Below, piece by piece: positions 39,728 to 50,371 of a stretch of 64,000 bases of DNA. The notes under the pieces were generated by a model. It saw nothing but the letters and a program-made list of their open reading frames with translations, did not search any database and was not told where the DNA came from. The stretch spans positions 480,001 to 544,000 of the forward strand of contig CBDBOV010000003.1 of assembly GCA_965208575.1 (NCBI GenBank), given 5' to 3'. Position numbers and translations under genes: made by a program. The DNA is from Spirochaetia bacterium. Lineage in GTDB: Bacteria > Spirochaetota > Spirochaetia > SZUA-6 > Bin103. How positions within the stretch are numbered: position 1 is the first letter of the stretch; each line of letters starts with the position of its first letter.

Positions 39728-40007
39728 GCAGATCGTAGCGGGCCGCAGGGCACTATCGTATATAATTCCCTTTCGGTTTGCTGTACACATACTCGTGCAA
39801 CGGCGACATCTCCCAAAGCCCTGATATCGGATCAACTCCCGCGTCAATCGAATCCCGTCCCCACTCACCCACCTGCTCACAAGGGGCTTTCGAAGCAAAG
39901 CACATCCAACGAGCCACCAATCTGTTCGGGCCACCAAGTTCCCAGCACTGTCGATCACTACCATCCAAAACCGCTTCGCGTGACCACTCCAGACACCAAG
40001 GACTCGA

Positions 40008-40826
40008 ATGAACGACCTCGAACTCGATATCGACCGAGTACGCAACTGGTTTAACCAAGACCAGAACACCCCCTATGTGATTGTGCACGTGAATCACTCG
40101 CACGCCCAGCATCTTCCCAACGAGCTTGGCACTGCGGTGCGGCGTTGCTACATCACCGACCGTCGCCTAGTCTATCACTCGGCACATAAGAGCGTACCAC
40201 AGACAGACATTATTTCGGCGAAATTACCTGACCCTGGATCCACTATGGCAGGCGACTTCGGAGAGATTCTTGTATATCTATACCAAGTTACGAGAGAGCA
40301 CATCAATACTCCTATTGGGCCAATAAAATGGCGTCTAAAGGAAGATCGCACGAAGCCAGCTCCGTATTCTGATGTCGTCCAATTTGTGCTTCCAGATTGG
40401 CCTCGCGCTAGCGCCAACGACCTCATTATATGTGCGGAAGTCAAGACAAAGTCAACCAATAGTAGCTTCGAACCCATACGAACAGCAGTTGTCGGCATAA
40501 ATAAAGATCGTACTAGCCGCTTAGCTAAGACGCTGGTCTGGCTCCGTGAACGTGCGCTAACCGAAGATCTCGGCGACATTCGGATCGCCCAACTAGAGCG
40601 TTTTATCGATACAACCAAGCATCCTCCTACGCGGAAAGAGTTTCAAGCGGTAGCTGTCTTATCAAGTGAACTGGTGCAATCGGAAATTGCAGATATATCA
40701 CACGCATTATCGGACGATTATACGATTGTCGTAATCTCGGTTCCACAGCTACGGTCGGTCTATAGTTCTGTCTTTGATGCCGCTTCTGCAGCAATCGTGC
40801 ACGCTCAATCTGCCATGACGGTTTAG
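40008..40826 (+). CDS. hamA: Hachiman HamA (DUF1837) nuclease
   Basis: AGDFGEILVY, SDVV, AEVKTKS; directly upstream of Ski2-like helicase. Confidence 0.82.
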   Translation: MNDLELDIDRVRNWFNQDQNTPYVIVHVNHSHAQHLPNELGTAVRRCYITDRRLVYHSAHKSVPQTDIISAKLPDPGSTMAGDFGEILVYLYQVTREHINTPIGPIKWRLKEDRTKPAPYSDVVQFVLPDWPRASANDLIICAEVKTKSTNSSFEPIRTAVVGINKDRTSRLAKTLVWLRERALTEDLGDIRIAQLERFIDTTKHPPTRKEFQAVAVLSSELVQSEIADISHALSDDYTIVVISVPQLRSVYSSVFDAASAAIVHAQSAMTV

Positions 40827-40835
40827 GAGCTAATT

Positions 40836-43800
40836 ATGCAGGAATCACTGGCTCGTTGGATCCGCGACGCAGACTCTACCATACACATGGACCATTTCCA
40901 GGTCTCTGAACCGTCATTGGACATTTCAGACGTTCTTAGACGGACTGATGACTACTATGTATCACTCGTCGGCACGCTGTTCGAGTACATGCGCACGGGG
41001 CTTGGAATAGGGGCAGACTGGGCGCGGCTGGGGAACGCCTTTGCTGCATTTGCTGTGGATGACTCGTCGAGATTATTCCCATCAGCATTCGTTTCGCGGT
41101 CGGAGGCAGCGTTGTACGCGGCTACGGCTTTCTATTGCGGAGGTTACCCGGCTTCGGCGTATCTGACTGCTCGAGACCACGGAGATTCTGAAGAAGGTTC
41201 AGAAGATACCACAACAATCTGTTTCGACTTGCTATCGCGGCCGGCTGAAATGCGTTCGCGTTTCGCTGGAGAGTTACGCGACGCGCTCGTCCGCGGTGAC
41301 GCACGGCTGCTGAGTGAACTCAGCGAGGCCTCGGCACGGGGTGCGTCGTCGGCGATGCTTGCGGGTCCCGATGAATGGATTCCCGCTCGGCTATCGGAGA
41401 AGTTGCTAGATAGACTCCGGCGGACTAATCTTCGAGCGGTGCTCCCCGGAGGTTTTGGTGAACTGTGGACACCGCTGGTGGAGTCTCTCGTAGCGCGCTT
41501 TTCTTGGGAGTTCTTTCCATCCCAGATCGAGGCGATCGAAGGCGGTCTCCTCAGCAGCGCAGAGACGTTTTCGCTCCAGATGCCAACCGGAGCCGGGAAG
41601 ACCGCGCTATGTGAGACCCTATTGTACCAATTCGCTCGTACGACCCGAGATTCGGTCGCAGTATTGCTTGTTCCCTATCGTTCACTCGCGTCCGAGCTAA
41701 GGGGCTCGTTGGTGAGACGGCTTAATTCAATGCATATTTCCGCTCGGTGCGCTTACGGCGGCACCGTTCCTACGGGCGCTGAAGTTCAACGCCTTCAAGA
41801 AGCACGTGTGATGGTGGCCACGCCCGAAGCGCTCTCCGGGCTCTTGAGTGCGGAGCCGACTTTTTTCAGCCGCATTGGGTTAGTGATCTGTGACGAGGGC
41901 CATCTATTGGATAGCCTCGGTCGCGGCGTGAGCTTGGAACTTCTGCTCGCACGCATGCGTGCGCGAGAGCACGGCCCGCCGCGCTTCGTCTTTCTGTCTG
42001 CTATCGTGCCGAACATCGAACAGGTGAATGCATGGTTAGGTGGTAACGACGCCACCGTAATCCGCAGCGATTACCGACCCGCCTTTGCTGAATTCTCCGT
42101 CTTGCGGACACCCACGAACCGGGTGAGCCATTCTATCGCGCTTGTCATGCATCCTCATGAAGACGAGCACATTCGTTTCCGCATTCCGGAGTTTCTCAAA
42201 CGTGCCGATTTTGCATGGACAAACCCCCACACGAACCGTCTCAACACATACGCTCCAACGACGATCAAGACCCAAGCCATCGCCGCAGCCAGAAAGTGTT
42301 TACCGATGGGCACGGTAGCGGTGTTTGCCGCAAATAAGAGAGGCACTCAGGGTGCTATTGGCCTTGTCGATGAGCTTCTCTCCCAGCTAAGATTAACACT
42401 TTCGCTTCCAAGCCCAATTTCGTACTCGGATGCTGATAGCGTCGCTCCGACGCTCGACTATCTAGAGCGGGAGTATGGAGCCGGCTGGACGGGCACACGA
42501 GCGCTGCGCGCCGCCGCGATTCTCCACCATGGAGATGTACCGCAGGAGACACGCGAGGTCTTCGAGTCCCTTGTTCGCAGGGGTGAGGTTCGTTTCGCGA
42601 TATGCACGTCCACTCTCGCCGAGGGTGTCAACCTGCCGATCAGAACGTTGGTGCTATACTCCGTTCAAAGACGGCGCAGAGGCGGCGCAGCTCAAAACCT
42701 GCTAGCCCGCGATATCAAGAACCTCGTTGGCAGAGCAGGTCGTGCCGGGGCCGCTACGAAAGGGCTTGTCATCTGCGCTAATCCCACCCAGTGGGCATTG
42801 GTGGAGCCGGCTGCAAAGAATCTTCCCGGCGAGGCTGTCACCGGTGCTCTTCGAGCTCTAACAGAACGCCTCGTCCGACGCCTCGCGGTCGGGGACGTGG
42901 TACTGTCGAATGACGTTTTGGAGGCTACGCCGGCTGTACACGCCCTGATTGATGGGGTGGACGCCACGTTGATCGATTTGGCTACGGAGGAAATCGGCGA
43001 GGATGAATTGATTAGGCTTGCAATAGAGGTGGCAGACGACACATTCGCCGCGCGGCAGGCGACGCGTGATGCATCGAAGAGATTGTTGCGCGACGTGTTT
43101 AGGTTCCGAGCACGCCGCGTTGTCTATACTAGGTCGATTGGTCGCCTCGGATGGATTCGCGAGACCGGGGCACGTGTAAGGATGCTGGATTCCGTAGAGT
43201 CCGGGTTGCTTCCTCTTCGTGATTCGTGGGAGGACTTGACAGATCCTATCGAGCCTGGGCTTGTGCGCGTGATGCTAGATTGGGCGTGGAATCAACCGGA
43301 CTTTGATCCGGCAGTGAGGACTGGTTTTCGACTCGGCGACGAGGTTGCCACGGATTCGGTACGTGGTCTGTTGGACGACATCGTTGCGGGGTGGTTGGCA
43401 GGCCACACGTTCGGTGTGATCGGGGAGTCGGTTAGGCTTTCGGTAGATGACATACTCGGCGTCCATACATCAGTTGTTGCGTTCGTACTTCAGACTCTTG
43501 TCGAACAAGCAACAGCACTACTCGAGCGATTTGTTGGCTCTCAAGGACGTGAGATGGCGGACGCTGTGAGGCGGTTTCCTGACCACCTTCGATTTGGAGT
43601 TCCTAGTGCCGGAGCACGAATACTCGCTGGTTACGGGATTCGGCACCGCCGCGCGGCCATCGAGTTGGGCGTCCTCGTCTCAGACCGGCGACCTCTCTCG
43701 CTTTCAGAGGACCGTACTACTCTTTTTGGGTTACTGAGAGATCAACTTGAACAAAATCGCGATGAATGGAACGAGCGATTGGGCGCCTTGGTCTTCGACC

Positions 43801-43841
43801 GCACACTCCAGGACCTGAGTTTGCCACAAAGGGGCGCGTAG
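40836..43841 (+). CDS. hamB: Hachiman HamB DEAD/DEAH Ski2-like helicase
   Basis: MPTGAGKT, ATPE, DEGH, LSA, HHG, TSTLAEGVNLP, GRAGRAG. Confidence 0.85.
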   Translation: MQESLARWIRDADSTIHMDHFQVSEPSLDISDVLRRTDDYYVSLVGTLFEYMRTGLGIGADWARLGNAFAAFAVDDSSRLFPSAFVSRSEAALYAATAFYCGGYPASAYLTARDHGDSEEGSEDTTTICFDLLSRPAEMRSRFAGELRDALVRGDARLLSELSEASARGASSAMLAGPDEWIPARLSEKLLDRLRRTNLRAVLPGGFGELWTPLVESLVARFSWEFFPSQIEAIEGGLLSSAETFSLQMPTGAGKTALCETLLYQFARTTRDSVAVLLVPYRSLASELRGSLVRRLNSMHISARCAYGGTVPTGAEVQRLQEARVMVATPEALSGLLSAEPTFFSRIGLVICDEGHLLDSLGRGVSLELLLARMRAREHGPPRFVFLSAIVPNIEQVNAWLGGNDATVIRSDYRPAFAEFSVLRTPTNRVSHSIALVMHPHEDEHIRFRIPEFLKRADFAWTNPHTNRLNTYAPTTIKTQAIAAARKCLPMGTVAVFAANKRGTQGAIGLVDELLSQLRLTLSLPSPISYSDADSVAPTLDYLEREYGAGWTGTRALRAAAILHHGDVPQETREVFESLVRRGEVRFAICTSTLAEGVNLPIRTLVLYSVQRRRRGGAAQNLLARDIKNLVGRAGRAGAATKGLVICANPTQWALVEPAAKNLPGEAVTGALRALTERLVRRLAVGDVVLSNDVLEATPAVHALIDGVDATLIDLATEEIGEDELIRLAIEVADDTFAARQATRDASKRLLRDVFRFRARRVVYTRSIGRLGWIRETGARVRMLDSVESGLLPLRDSWEDLTDPIEPGLVRVMLDWAWNQPDFDPAVRTGFRLGDEVATDSVRGLLDDIVAGWLAGHTFGVIGESVRLSVDDILGVHTSVVAFVLQTLVEQATALLERFVGSQGREMADAVRRFPDHLRFGVPSAGARILAGYGIRHRRAAIELGVLVSDRRPLSLSEDRTTLFGLLRDQLEQNRDEWNERLGALVFDRTLQDLSLPQRGA

Positions 43842-43990
43842 GTGTAAACTCAGATGGGTATGGGTGAAGTCCGGTTGGTGGTTCGGCTGGCCGGTGAAGA
43901 CAAACGCCGCCGCCTACGAGCCGGGGAGCGGACTTTGTGGTGAACGGCTGCAGGTTGCCCGTCGGGCGGGTCGAGCGGACCCCGCAGGCG

Positions 43991-45155
43991 CTAGTGTCAT
44001 GTGTCGTAAGTGATTGACCAGTAAATCATGCTTGTGGTACGGTCTGCCTTAGACAGGAGGCAGGCTATGGCAAACCACTACACGAGAGAGCTTCCCGAGT
44101 TGTCGCAAGAACAGGAGCGGGAATTGCAGCGCTGGCTGCGGCGCAAGAAGACAGCGCAGGCGTTGGCCCTACGGGCGCAGATCGTGCTGGAGAGCGCCAG
44201 CGGCAAGAGCGACCAAGCGGTGGCGAGCACGCTGGGCACGACACGCGCCACGGTCGGCAAGTGGAGGAAGCGGTTCCTGAGTGACGGCTGCGAGGGGTTA
44301 CTGGACGAGCCACGACCGGGAGCGCCGCGCACGGTCGCGGACGAGGATGTGGAGCGGGTGGTGACGCGCACCCTGGAGACGCTGCCACGGGGGGCAACGC
44401 AGTGGAGCACGCGGTCGATGGCCAAGGAGTGCGGGCTGAGCTTTGCGACAGTGGGGCGCATCTGGCGTGCGTTCGGCTTGAAGCCGCACCGCAGCGAGAC
44501 GTTCAAGCTGTCGGCCGACCCGTTGTTCATCGAGAAAGTGCGCGACATCGTGGGGCTGTATCTGCATCCGCCGGAGCGAGCGGTGGTGTTGTGCGTGGAC
44601 GAGAAATCGCAGATCCAGGCGCTGGAGCGGAGCCAGCCGGAGCTGCCGATGCGACCGGGTGTGCCGCGGCGGCAGACGCACGACTACCGGCGCAACGGGA
44701 CGACCTCGCTGTTCGCGGCCTTGAACGCCGCCACCGGAGAGGTGATTGGCAAGTGCTACCGGCGGCACCGCTCGGTGGAGTTCAAGAAGTTCCTGGCGAT
44801 CATCGACCAGGCGGTGCCGGCGGAACTGGATGTGCACTTGGTGCTGGACAATTACGGGACCCACAAGACGGCGATGATCCACAACTGGCTGCTCCGCCGA
44901 CCGCGCTATCACTTGCACTTCACGCCGACAAGTGCGTCGTGGATCAATCAGGTGGAGCGGTGGTTCGCGGAGCTCACGCAGAAGCGGATTCGGCGTGGCT
45001 CGTTTGCCAGCACGCAGGCACTTGAGCAGGCGATCAGGGAGTATCTGGCAGTGTATAATGAGGATCCGAATCCGTTCGTATGGACGAAACGTGCAGACCA
45101 GATACTGGAGTCACTGAAAATCTACTGTAAAGACGTTTCTGACACAGGACACTAG
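43991..45155 (+). mobile_element. IS630-family element
   Basis: Ends CTAGTGTCATGTGTC / GACACAGGACACTAG. Confidence 0.9.
44067..45155 (+). CDS. IS630 transposase
   Basis: [37 protein letters not shown]. Confidence 0.95.
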   Translation: MANHYTRELPELSQEQERELQRWLRRKKTAQALALRAQIVLESASGKSDQAVASTLGTTRATVGKWRKRFLSDGCEGLLDEPRPGAPRTVADEDVERVVTRTLETLPRGATQWSTRSMAKECGLSFATVGRIWRAFGLKPHRSETFKLSADPLFIEKVRDIVGLYLHPPERAVVLCVDEKSQIQALERSQPELPMRPGVPRRQTHDYRRNGTTSLFAALNAATGEVIGKCYRRHRSVEFKKFLAIIDQAVPAELDVHLVLDNYGTHKTAMIHNWLLRRPRYHLHFTPTSASWINQVERWFAELTQKRIRRGSFASTQALEQAIREYLAVYNEDPNPFVWTKRADQILESLKIYCKDVSDTGH

Positions 45156-45741
45156 AATTGGCCGGCCCCGATGCGGCGCAGGGCCATCGTCAGCGTGATC
45201 GGCATCGTGACGCGCGTAGCGCGATTGTGGCCAACCCGCGGATGGCCGGACGCTCGAACCCTAGGCAGCCGGTCGATCGGCCGTGCGCCAAGGCGCTGTC
45301 AAGGCGTAGTAGTCTTGCCACTGGTAGCTGGATTGCATTGCTGGCATGAACACGTCGGTCCTTGGCTTCCGGTGAGTGTGGGGCGACGCGGTGCGTATCC
45401 GGCTGGCCGATCCATGTCTCTGAAATTGCGCCTATAGAAGCGCGGCGGACCGCGGTACCTCAGCGTCCCGCGATCCCGCGGGCATCAGCTTGGTACACCC
45501 ATGCTATTTCGATTGGCGATCATCGCGTGGCTATATGCCGTTGCCCGAGCCAATCGATCAGCTTCGTAACCCTAGTCGGAGCTCAGTCGACTGCACCGTT
45601 GCAGCAGCTCGGACTGACGATTCTCCGTCTGATCAAGCAGCCCCCGCCTGCGGTTGTTCGGCGCTTGATGCCTTCTTTCTCAAGTGGAGTTGCCCCACTT
45701 TCGTGGACACATTAGGAGTGAGGCGGAATGAGGAGGCAACG

Positions 45742-46056
45742 ATGCCGAAGACACATCGACCATACGCGCCTGAGTTTCGCCAGCAGATGGTCGAGCTGGT
45801 GCAGTCTGGGCGCACGCCCGAGGAGTTGGCGCTGGAGTACGAGCCGTCCGCGGGCGCGATCCGCAACTGGGTGGCGCAGCAGGAGCGGGACGCTGGACGC
45901 CGCGAGGACGGGTTGAGCAGCGATGAACGCCAGGAGCTGCGCCGACTGCGGCGAGAGAACAAGCAACTGCGGATCGAGCGCGACATCCTAAAAAAAGCAG
46001 CGGCCTGGTTCGCACGGGAGAGCGACTCGATCCCCGAGCGGGGTTCGAGTTCGTGA
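45742..46056 (+). CDS. IS3 OrfA
   Basis: HTH YAPEFRQQMV, ELRRLRRENKQLR; A7G slippery site near 45990. Confidence 0.92.
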   Translation: MPKTHRPYAPEFRQQMVELVQSGRTPEELALEYEPSAGAIRNWVAQQERDAGRREDGLSSDERQELRRLRRENKQLRIERDILKKAAAWFARESDSIPERGSSS

Positions 46057-46904
46057 AAGCCAACCAGGCGCGCTGGCCGGTACGCACGATATGTCGAGTG
46101 CTGGGTCTCTCCGCCAGCGGCTACTATGCGTGGGTGCACCGCGAGCCGTCGGCGCGAGAGCGGCGCGACAAACAGTTGCGGGAACGTATCACGACGATAT
46201 GGAGAGCCAACCGCGAGGTGTATGGTCGGCCGCGCATCCACGCCGAGTTGCAGGCTGAGAACGAGCGAGTCGGGCACAAGCGGGTGGCGCGGCTGATGAA
46301 GCAGGCCGGCATCGAAGGGGCCAGTCGCCGCCGCGGGCCCAGGACCACAACGCGTGGCGCGGCGACCCGACCGGCGCCAGACTTGGTGGATCGGAACTTC
46401 ACCGCGGCCGGGGCCGACCAATTGTGGGTGGCCGACATTACGTACGTGCCGACGTGGGCGGGGTTTCTGTACTTGGCGGTGGTGCTGGATACCTGGAGCC
46501 GCCGGGTAGTGGGCTGGTCGATGGCCGGTCATCTGCGCACGGAACTGGTGCTGGAGGCGCTGGACATGGCGCTCTGGCAGCGGCGACCCGAGCAGGTGAT
46601 CCACCACAGCGACCAGGGCTCTCAGTACACCTCGATTGCGTTCGGGATGCGCTGCAAAGAGGCCGGCGTGCGTCCCTCGATGGGCTCGGTGGGCGATGCA
46701 TACGACAACGCGATGTGCGAAAGTTTCTTCGCGACCCTGGAGTGCGAGTTGCTTGATCGGAGCCGATTTCGCAGCCGTGCCGAGGCGCGCTTGGCAATAT
46801 TCGAGTTCATCGAGGGGTTCTACAACCGTCGCCGGCGTCACTCGGCGCTGGGCTACCAGTCGCCGGTCGCGTTCGAGGCCACTCGGACAGGAGCGGCAGC
46901 ATGA
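46053..46904 (+). CDS. IS3 OrfB DDE integrase
   Basis: WVADITY, HHSDQGSQY, YDNAMCESFF. Confidence 0.95.
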   Translation: MKANQARWPVRTICRVLGLSASGYYAWVHREPSARERRDKQLRERITTIWRANREVYGRPRIHAELQAENERVGHKRVARLMKQAGIEGASRRRGPRTTTRGAATRPAPDLVDRNFTAAGADQLWVADITYVPTWAGFLYLAVVLDTWSRRVVGWSMAGHLRTELVLEALDMALWQRRPEQVIHHSDQGSQYTSIAFGMRCKEAGVRPSMGSVGDAYDNAMCESFFATLECELLDRSRFRSRAEARLAIFEFIEGFYNRRRRHSALGYQSPVAFEATRTGAAA

Positions 46905-47100
46905 GCATCGTCGTGGTGCCGATGCTGGCGCTCGGCCCCCTCCAGGGACAATATTCGTCGGCAATTGGCCCTCTCCGGACCGCTTGGCGTCCGAGTCGGC
47001 TGCGCGCGCCGACCGGCGTCGCGGTGAGCACGCAGCGCAGCGGGGATGCAGCGTCTGAGGTGCTGGACCAGGAGCCGTTACGTAACGGTGATCAGTGCCC

Positions 47101-47388
47101 ATGGCGTTGACCAATGCGCAACGCCAACGGCGCTATCGAGCGCGGCGCAAGGCGCAGCAGCCGCGAGCGCAGTACCGCCGACCGCACGACCGGCGCTCCC
47201 GACCGCAGCGCTGGCAGGATGCGGTGCGCACCCTGCTCGACCTCCAGGGAGAGTATCAAGCGTGGCTCGACAACCTGCCCGAGGCGCTCCAGGAGACCGC
47301 GCTCGGCGACAAGCTGAAGGCGATTTGCGCGCTTGATCTTGGTGCTCTGGAGAGCGTCGAGCCGCCACGCGGGTATGGGCGCGACTGA
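47101..47388 (+). CDS. Hypothetical passenger protein in IS3
   Basis: ALTNAQRQRRYRAR..WQDAV..PPRGYGRD. Confidence 0.65.
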   Translation: MALTNAQRQRRYRARRKAQQPRAQYRRPHDRRSRPQRWQDAVRTLLDLQGEYQAWLDNLPEALQETALGDKLKAICALDLGALESVEPPRGYGRD

Positions 47389-48324
47389 GGCAACCTGCTG
47401 CCGACCCGTTGCGACGGCTGCATAGTTTCCAAGCGGCGCACCGCTCGCGGGTCCGTCCCCACACGGGCGCCCCGGACCGGCTCGACCGCGCCGCTCCCGG
47501 CGGCTGCAGCCCCACCCGGGCCGACATCTTGCCGGTGCGGCGCGAACTGGCGCTCTCAGCGGCCCTGTAAGGCCGCTCCTCGCGAGCAGGTGGTCCCGGA
47601 TACCCTTGCTGAACCCCGAATCGTCCCTCAGGCGCTCCGTTTCGACTCCCGGCACCCGCTGTCCATGCCGCCAGCACTGATCACGGTCGTGCGATCTCCT
47701 GACCGCGCACACCGGCGCCGCTCACGGCCATCCACACCGCCACCACCCCCAGCTTGATGCGGACTTGTCCACATATCCACAGGCAAATCCCACCCCTCCC
47801 CCGGACCCCCACCCCCTTTACCGCCACCGTTTATTTGCCGTGGAATCTCGGGAGGCGTCGTGTCGTGGGGGTCGTGGAGGCGCGGGTTGACAACCAACCG
47901 AATACACCTCAACCTACCATGCACTACCCCGCCACCTCAGTAGTTACCTGTCCACCGAAACGGGGCACCCTCACAAGCGCCAGGGACACGTGGATGCTGA
48001 GCAGTCACGCACGGTGCCTTTTTGGAGTGTGACCCAGCACCGCGCGCATTCAGCCGTGGCAATTCACGACCTCGGAGCATCGACTGATCACCAATGTAGT
48101 ATCGGCGGTGATAGCCGAACGGATAAGGAACAATCTATTCTTTATAGAACTAAACCGCTCCGCGGTAGGGGCGCCTGCCGTCGCGATGCGGGAGCCCCTT
48201 TCCAAACGCAACGCTCATATGGTGTCTGAACGCTACTAACCGGGAGACAGGTGGTTGCCCCCGGAGCGAAGCGCCGCCCCGGGGGCTGATGGTCCACGTG
48301 TCTCGACACGAGGAGGAGTCCATC

Positions 48325-49170
48325 ATGACACCACTGCGCCAGAGAATGATCGAAGACATGCAGGTGCGCAACCCTGTCGCCGCACACCATCGAATACTAC
48401 GTCCGCCAGGTCGCGTTGTTTTGCTCGCTACTTCAACCGCTCTCCGGAACTTCTCGGGCTCGACGACATACGGGTCTATCAACTGCACTTGGTGCAGGAG
48501 CGAAATCTGGGCTGGGGTAGCTTCAATCAGGCGGTCTGCGCGCTCCGCTTCCTGTACCTCAAGACCCTCGGCACAGGACTGGCACATCGAGTCCATCCCG
48601 TTCGCCAAGCAGCCCAAGAAGCTGCCGCTGGTGTTGAGCCAGGACCAGGTGCGCGCCGTACTCGAAGCGATCACCAACCCGCAGAACCGCGTCATCGCCA
48701 TGACCCTGTATGCGGCCGGGCTGCGCGTTTCCGAGGCGGTCTCCCTGAGGGTCGCAGACATCGACAGCAAGCGGATGCTGCTGCATGTCGTGCAAGGCAA
48801 GGGCCGCAAGGATCGTTTGGTGACCTTGTCGCCGGCCCTGCTGCACCACTTGCGCTGCCACTACCAACGCTATCGGCCGCGCTCCTGGCTGTTTCCCAGC
48901 AGGACCTATCCCGACCGCCACGTCACCAGGGATGCGGTGGCGCAGGCCATCGCCAAGGTGCGCCACGTCGTCGCCGGCAAGCCTGTATCCCCGCACACCA
49001 TGCGCCACTGTTTCGCCACCCATCTGCTCGAATCCGGCACCGATCTGCGCACCGTTCAGGCGCTGCTCGGGCACGCCTCGATCAGGAGTACCGTGATCTA
49101 CACCCACGTCACCCGCAAGCGCATCACCGCGGTCGAGAGCCCACTGGAGTCGTTGCCGCCGCTGCGCTGA
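48325..49170 (+). CDS. Tyrosine recombinase with N-terminal SAM-like domain (three compensating +1 indels)
   Basis: AGLRVSE, GKGRKDR, HTMRH, LLGH, TVIY. Confidence 0.88.
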   Translation: MTPLRQRMIEDMQVRNPVAAHHRILRPPGRVVLLATSTALRNFSGSTTYGSINCTWCRSEIWAGVASIRRSARSASCTSRPSAQDWHIESIPFAKQPKKLPLVLSQDQVRAVLEAITNPQNRVIAMTLYAAGLRVSEAVSLRVADIDSKRMLLHVVQGKGRKDRLVTLSPALLHHLRCHYQRYRPRSWLFPSRTYPDRHVTRDAVAQAIAKVRHVVAGKPVSPHTMRHCFATHLLESGTDLRTVQALLGHASIRSTVIYTHVTRKRITAVESPLESLPPLR

Positions 49171-49177
49171 GCGAGCC

Positions 49178-50371
49178 GTGCCCCAGCCACCCTTCGAGGT
49201 GGCCGACGTCATCCGTACCCTGGCAGCTGCCGATGGCCGCGTGCCCGGCTTGCGGGTGTCGCAGGCCCAGCAGCGCGTCATGCGCGACCTCGCAGCCTGC
49301 CGTACCGCCAAGCTCGGCGGCCACGTCGATGCCTGCGATGCCTGTGGCGAGGTACGCGTGTCGTACAACTCCTGCCGCAATCGCCACTGTCCGAAGTGCC
49401 AGGCGCAGCAGCGCGCCACCTGGCTGGAGAATCGCTGCCAGGATCTGCTGCCGGTGCCCTATTTCCACCTCGTCTTCACCCTGCCGACCGAACTTGCCCC
49501 GCTGGCACTGCAGAACCAACGCGCAATCTACGGCGCTTTGTTCGCTGCCACCGCAGCTACCCTCAAGACCATCGCCGCCGATCCCAAACATCTGGGCGCC
49601 GACATCGGCTTCATCGCCGTACTGCACACCTGGGGCCAGACGCTCGTGCACCATCCCCATCTCCACTGCGTCATCCCCGGCGGCGGGCTGTCACCCGACG
49701 GCGCCGACTGGATATCCTGCCGCAACGGCTTCTTCCTCCCGGTCCGGGTTCTCTCGAAACTGTTTCGCGGCAAGATGCTGGCGGCGCTGCAGGAACACTT
49801 CGCTGCCGACCGCCTCCAGTTCCACGGTGCCCTTGCCGAGTTGGCTGATCCCGGTCGCTTCCGAGCACTCTGCGAGCAACTGCGCGCCAAGCAGTGGGTG
49901 GTGTATTGCAAGCCACCCTTCGGCGGCCCCGAGCAGGTGCTGAAATATCTCGCCCGCTACACCCATCGCGTCGCCATCGCCAACAGCAGGATCACGGCGG
50001 CTGACGCGGACTCGGTGCGCTTCCGCTACCAGGACTATGCTGGTGGCCACCGGCACCGCATGATGCAACTCGATGCGGTCGAATTTCTGCGTCGTTTCCT
50101 GCAGCACGTCCTGCCCGATCGCTTCGTCCGCATTCGTCACTACGGATTTCTCGCCAATCGTGCCCGCAAGGAGAAACTGCCGCTGTGCCGCCGCCTGATC
50201 GCGCGCACCACCGGCAACGAAATGATTGCTGCACCTGCTCTCGAAACTTCCACCGATGATGGCGAGCGCTGTCCTGCGTGTCAGCAAACCATGCGGCGTA
50301 TCCAGGAATTCCGCTCCCAAACCACCTGGGAATACCGGCCGCTTCGCCGTGGTCCACCCGACACCGCATGA
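49178..50371 (+). CDS. IS91-family transposase (Zn-binding + Y2_Tnp)
   Basis: SCRNRHCPKC, HPHLH, YLARYTHR. Confidence 0.93.
   Translation: MPQPPFEVADVIRTLAAADGRVPGLRVSQAQQRVMRDLAACRTAKLGGHVDACDACGEVRVSYNSCRNRHCPKCQAQQRATWLENRCQDLLPVPYFHLVFTLPTELAPLALQNQRAIYGALFAATAATLKTIAADPKHLGADIGFIAVLHTWGQTLVHHPHLHCVIPGGGLSPDGADWISCRNGFFLPVRVLSKLFRGKMLAALQEHFAADRLQFHGALAELADPGRFRALCEQLRAKQWVVYCKPPFGGPEQVLKYLARYTHRVAIANSRITAADADSVRFRYQDYAGGHRHRMMQLDAVEFLRRFLQHVLPDRFVRIRHYGFLANRARKEKLPLCRRLIARTTGNEMIAAPALETSTDDGERCPACQQTMRRIQEFRSQTTWEYRPLRRGPPDTA

Larger units (their letters stand above)
37036..39769 (+). mobile_element. IS1595-family element with passenger genes
   Basis: Perfect 21-bp IRs GGAATTATATACGATAGTGCC at 37036 and 39749-39769. 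Confidence 0.9.
43900..45680 (-). pseudogene. Degenerate relic of the DUF772-DDE IS (interrupted by IS630)
   Basis: Reverse complements of 43921-43990, 45158-45240 and 45540-45640 align to parts of 35070-35780. Confidence 0.75.
45685..47973 (+). mobile_element. IS3-family element, oversized, with passenger DNA
   Basis: TG..CA ends with imperfect IRs (TGGAGTTGCCCCACTTTCGTGGACA / TGTCCACCGAAACGGGGCACCCTCA); CAAG duplication on both sides. Confidence 0.88.

Noticed and set aside
43860-43990. Possible IS110-type bridge-RNA non-coding end
   Set aside because: Its reverse complement matches the 3' end of the IS at 35700-35780; no IS110 recombinase present
47765-47783. DnaA-box-like pair as a replication origin
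   Set aside because: Lies inside an IS3; only two imperfect boxes and no dnaA or rep gene
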